Under the pieces are notes generated by a model. That model saw only the letters and a list, made by a program, of their open reading frames with translations. It did not search any database and had not been told where the DNA came from. A DNA stretch of 64,000 nucleotides, taken from the NCBI RefSeq assembly GCF_035566375.1, contig NZ_DATMRK010000047.1, forward strand, positions 123,750 through 187,749. Direction: 5' to 3'. Origin of the DNA: Collimonas sp. (GTDB lineage: Bacteria > Pseudomonadota > Gammaproteobacteria > Burkholderiales > Burkholderiaceae_D). Positions 60,384 to 64,000 of the stretch are shown piece by piece. The translations under genes were made by a program, and so were the position numbers. Positions within the stretch are counted from its first letter, which is position 1. Every line of letters starts with the position of its first letter.

Positions 60384-61634
60384 ATGCGCGCATGCTGGAA
60401 AATATTGGCGACCGCACTCTGCGCCACATTGACGATCACCGCAGCGAATGGTGTAAATGCGGCAGAGATTGTCTTTTCTTCTCGAATCGATTTCACTGAA
60501 ATCGATTTGACTATCAAAGATACCTACAATGCAAATCCGGATTCGATCACACTCGAAGTCACACTTAGCCAGGATGCCCAGCAGCGCATGACAGCGGCAA
60601 GCAGCGCGGCGCTGGAGCAGGATCTGACCTTGATCATCGATGGCAAGGCGGTGAGTACATCGCGTGTCAGGAATATCGTCGACACGCCTCAAATACGGAT
60701 CATCATGTCGCGCCAGGCCGCCATGGAATTGCTACCGGCTTTGCTCGGCGTGAATCCCGTAGCAACCCCCGCAGCAAACCCGCAAACCGCACCGATTGCG
60801 GCGGCAGCGCCGGCTCCTGCACCGACACCTGCAGACATTCCGGTCCCCTTGCTTGCTGCTGTGCCATACGCGGTCGAGACTCCACAGGTGACGCCGCTGT
60901 TGCCCCCCGAGGCGAGCACGGAAGCTGCGGTGACGCCAGCACCTGCGATGCAAGAACCTGACCCGGCGCCGGCCGTGCCGCCGGATCTTACTGCGATGCT
61001 TGCAGATCCGCCGTCATCTGCACCGACGGCGGCGCCAGAACCCATCGTAGCGCCAGCTGAAGCGGCGATGCCGACACCGGCAGCGCCAGAACCCATCGTA
61101 GCGCCGGCTGAAGCGGCGATGCCGACACCGGCGGCGCCAGAACCCGTCGTAGCGCCGGCGGAAGCGGCGATGCCGACACCGGCAGCGCCAGAACCCATCG
61201 TAGCGCCGGCTGAAGCGGCAATGCCGACGTCTGCGGAAGTGACGACGCCAGCGCCGATAGCTGTGGCAGTGGCAGCACCGCCACCGCAGCCGGCACTGGC
61301 GATACCCGCCTGGGCGCTGGGCGCCTGGCTGCCGACCAGCGCCACGCCATCGCCTTATGCCGACATCAATGCCGGCGACCCGGTGGCGATATTTGCCAAT
61401 GCGGTCGACGCCATCACCTGCAATAAAGCCAGGCTATCCATACTGGAAAGCAGCAATGCACGGGTACGGTTGCAACTCGCCCCGAATAGCCAGTGCGTAA
61501 TCTCCGGAGTGCAAGTCGACCGGCTGCAGATTTCTCCCGCGTCAACTCCCGGAAAGATAGTGATTTCGCTGTATGCGGCAGAGGATGACATGAATGGCGC
61601 CCCATCCAAAGAAGGCGCATATCGCCGCAAGTAA
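60384..61634 (+). CDS. Secreted hypothetical protein: SecDF P1-head-like domain + Pro/Ala repeat linker + C-terminal domain
   Basis: Signal peptide; LEVTLSQDAQQRMT…LTLIIDGKAVS…; tandem APEPIVAPAEAAMPTPA repeats. Confidence 0.7.
   Translation: MRACWKILATALCATLTITAANGVNAAEIVFSSRIDFTEIDLTIKDTYNANPDSITLEVTLSQDAQQRMTAASSAALEQDLTLIIDGKAVSTSRVRNIVDTPQIRIIMSRQAAMELLPALLGVNPVATPAANPQTAPIAAAAPAPAPTPADIPVPLLAAVPYAVETPQVTPLLPPEASTEAAVTPAPAMQEPDPAPAVPPDLTAMLADPPSSAPTAAPEPIVAPAEAAMPTPAAPEPIVAPAEAAMPTPAAPEPVVAPAEAAMPTPAAPEPIVAPAEAAMPTSAEVTTPAPIAVAVAAPPPQPALAIPAWALGAWLPTSATPSPYADINAGDPVAIFANAVDAITCNKARLSILESSNARVRLQLAPNSQCVISGVQVDRLQISPASTPGKIVISLYAAEDDMNGAPSKEGAYRRK
61032..61229 (+). repeat. 51-bp tandem repeat x4 (last copy partial), coding
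   Basis: Units start with GCGCCAGAACCC at 61032, 61083, 61134 and 61185. Confidence 0.95.
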
Positions 61635-61901
61635 CTGCATGTAACCGCAAGTGAGCGAGGTGCCCCGTAATCTTGCAAGCGGCTTGTGGCGGCCGCAAAC
61701 AGTACCCAGGAATTTCCGATACTATAGCCAATCCATTGACACCTTAAAAAACTGTCAATCGGGCGCAGGAAACTCAGCGAAGTTTTACCTGTCTCAGCTG
61801 TTATGCGACAGTAGTGTGAAATATCGCTGATATCGCAACATTGCTGGACTTCCGGCCAACTTATTTACGTCACTTATTTACGCCACTCATTTACGCCACT
61901 T

Positions 61902-62426
61902 ATGCAACGCTACAAAACCCCAGCCATTGTGCTGCACTGGCTGGTCGCCATTCTCATTGTCGCAACCTTTATCCTGGGCCTGACCATGGTCGATATCCCG
62001 GGCCTGACGCCAACCAAACTCAAATATTTTTCATGGCATAAATGGCTCGGCGTGACCGTGCTGGGCCTGGCCTGCCTGCGTTTGTTATGGCGCAAAACAC
62101 AGGGTGCGCCGCCTTATCCGGACAGCATGCAACTCTGGCAACAGCACGCCGCGCATGCCTTGCACATCCTCTTATACGTGCTGATCTTCGCAGTGCCGAT
62201 CTCCGGTTATTTTTATAGCCTGGCCGCCGGCGTGCCGGTCACCTATCTCGGCATCTTCCCGTTGCCAGTGCTGATGGCGCCTAATCCGGATTTGAAACCG
62301 GTTTTAAAACTGGTCCATTACACACTCAATATGATCATGCTGGGCGCGGTCTCGCTGCATGTACTGGCGGCGCTCAAGCATCACTTCATCGATCGCGACG
62401 GTGTGTTAAAACGCATGCTGCCCTAA
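61902..62426 (+). CDS. Cytochrome b561 (YceJ/YodB-like)
   Basis: LHWLVA, WHKWLG, AHALHILLY, VHYTL and LHVLAALKHH. Confidence 0.92.
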   Translation: MQRYKTPAIVLHWLVAILIVATFILGLTMVDIPGLTPTKLKYFSWHKWLGVTVLGLACLRLLWRKTQGAPPYPDSMQLWQQHAAHALHILLYVLIFAVPISGYFYSLAAGVPVTYLGIFPLPVLMAPNPDLKPVLKLVHYTLNMIMLGAVSLHVLAALKHHFIDRDGVLKRMLP

Positions 62427-62474
62427 ATACAGTCCCTTACGCTCCCCTGCACTCCGCTAATCAAAGGAATATCC

Positions 62475-63053
62475 ATGACATCTACGCTATCCCTGTTACG
62501 CACTACCGCGCTCGGCCTGATCGCCCTCGGCGCCACCTGCTCGGCCATCGCAACTCCGCTGAAACCCGACCTGGCGAAGAGCAATGTCACCATCGTGTTC
62601 AAGCAAATGAATGTGCCGGTGGAAGCCAAGTTCAAGCAATTCACCGCGCAAATCGATTTCGACAGCGCCCAGCCGCAGGCGTCGAAAGCCAGCGTCGACA
62701 TCGCCATTCCAAGCTTCGACCTGGGCGATCCTGAATACAATAAAGAAGTGCTGAAGAAAGAATGGTTCAACGCCCAGCAATTTGCCAAGGCCAGCTTTGT
62801 CGCCAGTTCAATCAAAGCCAGCGCCGGCGCACCGGCGGGCAGCAAATACGACGTTAGCGGCAAGCTGACCATCAAAGGCAAGACCACCGATGTAAGCTTC
62901 CCCTTGAGCGTCAAGAAAGAGGGCGGCGCCCAGGTCTTCGACGGCAGCTTGCCAATCAAACGCCTCACCTACAATATCGGCGAAGGCGAATGGAAGGACA
63001 CCAGCATGGTGGCGGACGAAATCGTCATCAAATTCCATCTTGTAGCTAACTGA
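62475..63053 (+). CDS. YceI family periplasmic lipid-binding protein (paralog 1)
   Basis: Signal peptide, IDFD, WFNAQQF..ASF, GKLTIKGKT and RLTYNIG. Confidence 0.9.
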   Translation: MTSTLSLLRTTALGLIALGATCSAIATPLKPDLAKSNVTIVFKQMNVPVEAKFKQFTAQIDFDSAQPQASKASVDIAIPSFDLGDPEYNKEVLKKEWFNAQQFAKASFVASSIKASAGAPAGSKYDVSGKLTIKGKTTDVSFPLSVKKEGGAQVFDGSLPIKRLTYNIGEGEWKDTSMVADEIVIKFHLVAN

Positions 63054-63103
63054 TTCAACACAACGAACGCAATACTTTTCTCTCACCAAAAGGATAATCA
63101 ACA

Positions 63104-63676
63104 ATGAAACTGAAACTCATCATCGCCTCCTTGCTGGCAGCCAGCGCAGCCAGCGCCTTCGCTACGGCGGACACCTATACCATCGACCCGAACCACACTT
63201 ACCCAAGCTTCACCGCGGATCACATGGGGATCTCTTTCTGGCGCGGGAAATTCGAAAAAACCACCGGCACAGTGACACTGGACCGCGCCGCCAAGACCGG
63301 CTCCGTCGACATCCGTATCGACCCAAGCACGATCGACTTCGGCCATGCCAAGATGAACGAACATGCATCCGGCCCGGACATGTTCGATGTCAAAAAATAT
63401 CCTGACGTTACCTACAAAGGCAACTCGGTCAAATTCGACGGCGACAAGCTGGTAGAGGTCGATGGCGAATTGACTCTGCATGGCGTCACCAAACCGGTCA
63501 AGCTGACCATCAATTCTTTCAAATGCATCCAGCATCCGATGCTGAAACGCGAAGTCTGCGGCGCCGATGCAACTGCTGAATTCAACCGCAGCGACTTCGG
63601 CATCAACTACGGCGTGCCGAAATTTGCGCCGGAAGTAAAACTGGCGATCCAGGTCGAAGCTATCAAGAGTAACTAA
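63104..63676 (+). CDS. YceI family periplasmic lipid-binding protein (paralog 2)
   Basis: [33 protein letters not shown] and RSDFGI. Confidence 0.92.
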   Translation: MKLKLIIASLLAASAASAFATADTYTIDPNHTYPSFTADHMGISFWRGKFEKTTGTVTLDRAAKTGSVDIRIDPSTIDFGHAKMNEHASGPDMFDVKKYPDVTYKGNSVKFDGDKLVEVDGELTLHGVTKPVKLTINSFKCIQHPMLKREVCGADATAEFNRSDFGINYGVPKFAPEVKLAIQVEAIKSN

Positions 63677-63706
63677 TCCCGTTGCAGCCGTTGGCTGCAA
63701 AAAAAG

Positions 63707-63745
63707 AGCCGGCCGGTCAATTACCAATGACCGGCCGGCTTTTTT
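63707..63745 (+). terminator. Intrinsic terminator after yceI pair
   Basis: AGCCGGCCGGTCA…TGACCGGCCGGCT-TTTTT. Confidence 0.8.
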
Positions 63746-63839
63746 ATATCGTCACACTCGTTTGGAATAAGCTGTTCATCGTCCTGTAATACAGGCCCGA
63801 TAAAATCCTGGCTTCGCTTTCCACTTCGCGGAGCACGCC

Positions 63840-64000
63840 ATGTCGTCCAGCAATCCCCTCACCTCCAAACGCCGCAATTTCTTATGCAAGGTCACTGCCG
63901 GCGCGGGCGTACTCCTCACCGGCGCACCGCTGCATAGCGTCATTGCGCAAACCGCCGCACCGGCGCCGGCCCTGATTACTTCCGACAAGCTGCGGCCGCA
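63840..64000 (+). CDS. 5' fragment of a Tat-exported protein, probably PhoD-type alkaline phosphatase
   Basis: GGAG RBS, MSSSNPLTSKRRNFL…APALITSDKLRP. Weak Pho-box-like halves TGTTCAT/CTGTAAT 11 bp apart at 63773-63790. Truncated by the window. Confidence 0.55.
   Translation, partial: MSSSNPLTSKRRNFLCKVTAGAGVLLTGAPLHSVIAQTAAPAPALITSDKLRP

Noticed and set aside
61032-61229. Tandem repeat as a CRISPR array
   Set aside because: The units are contiguous, in frame within a CDS, have no unique spacers, and no cas genes are nearby.
63776-63988. 70-aa minus-strand ORF
   Set aside because: It is antisense to a plus-strand frame with an RBS and a clear Tat signal.

Overview
64-kb chromosomal window from a GC-rich betaproteobacterium. 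Gene order and protein sequences look like Oxalobacteraceae, e.g. Collimonas-like; this is inference. Most of it is conserved housekeeping DNA: xerD-ogt, queG/tsaE-amiC, mutL-miaA-tRNA-Met, miaB-phoH-ybeY-corC-lnt-glyQS-gmhB-plsC-M48-gloA, rsmA-pdxA-surA-lptD/amgK-murU-pepP-ubiH, pnt, nudJ-mnmA, a FUSC efflux operon, sulP and cytochrome b561-yceI-yceI. One lower-GC accessory block (~9.7-22.0 kb) follows tRNA-Met. It holds an anti-Shine-Dalgarno 'toxic'-type sRNA, a frameshifted small membrane ORF, dodecin, a decayed IS3 abutting an IS110/IS1111 stub, a TonB-like gene and a fimT-pilVWXY1E minor-pilin cassette whose PilY1 has a triple Cys-rich insert. The most interesting candidates are: (1) a DUF45/SprT-like zinc protease with a perfect beta-clamp motif (QLDLF) directly upstream of glyoxalase I, a possible bacterial DNA-protein-crosslink protease; (2) a cytochrome b + Tat molybdoenzyme + Met-rich MXKDX module preceded by an unannotated Met-rich 26-aa ORF; (3) a secreted SecDF-head-like protein with a 4x51-bp repeat linker; (4) panD inside the transhydrogenase operon. 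No CRISPR array, rRNA or intact integrase was seen. All family assignments come from motif recognition only; no searches were run.
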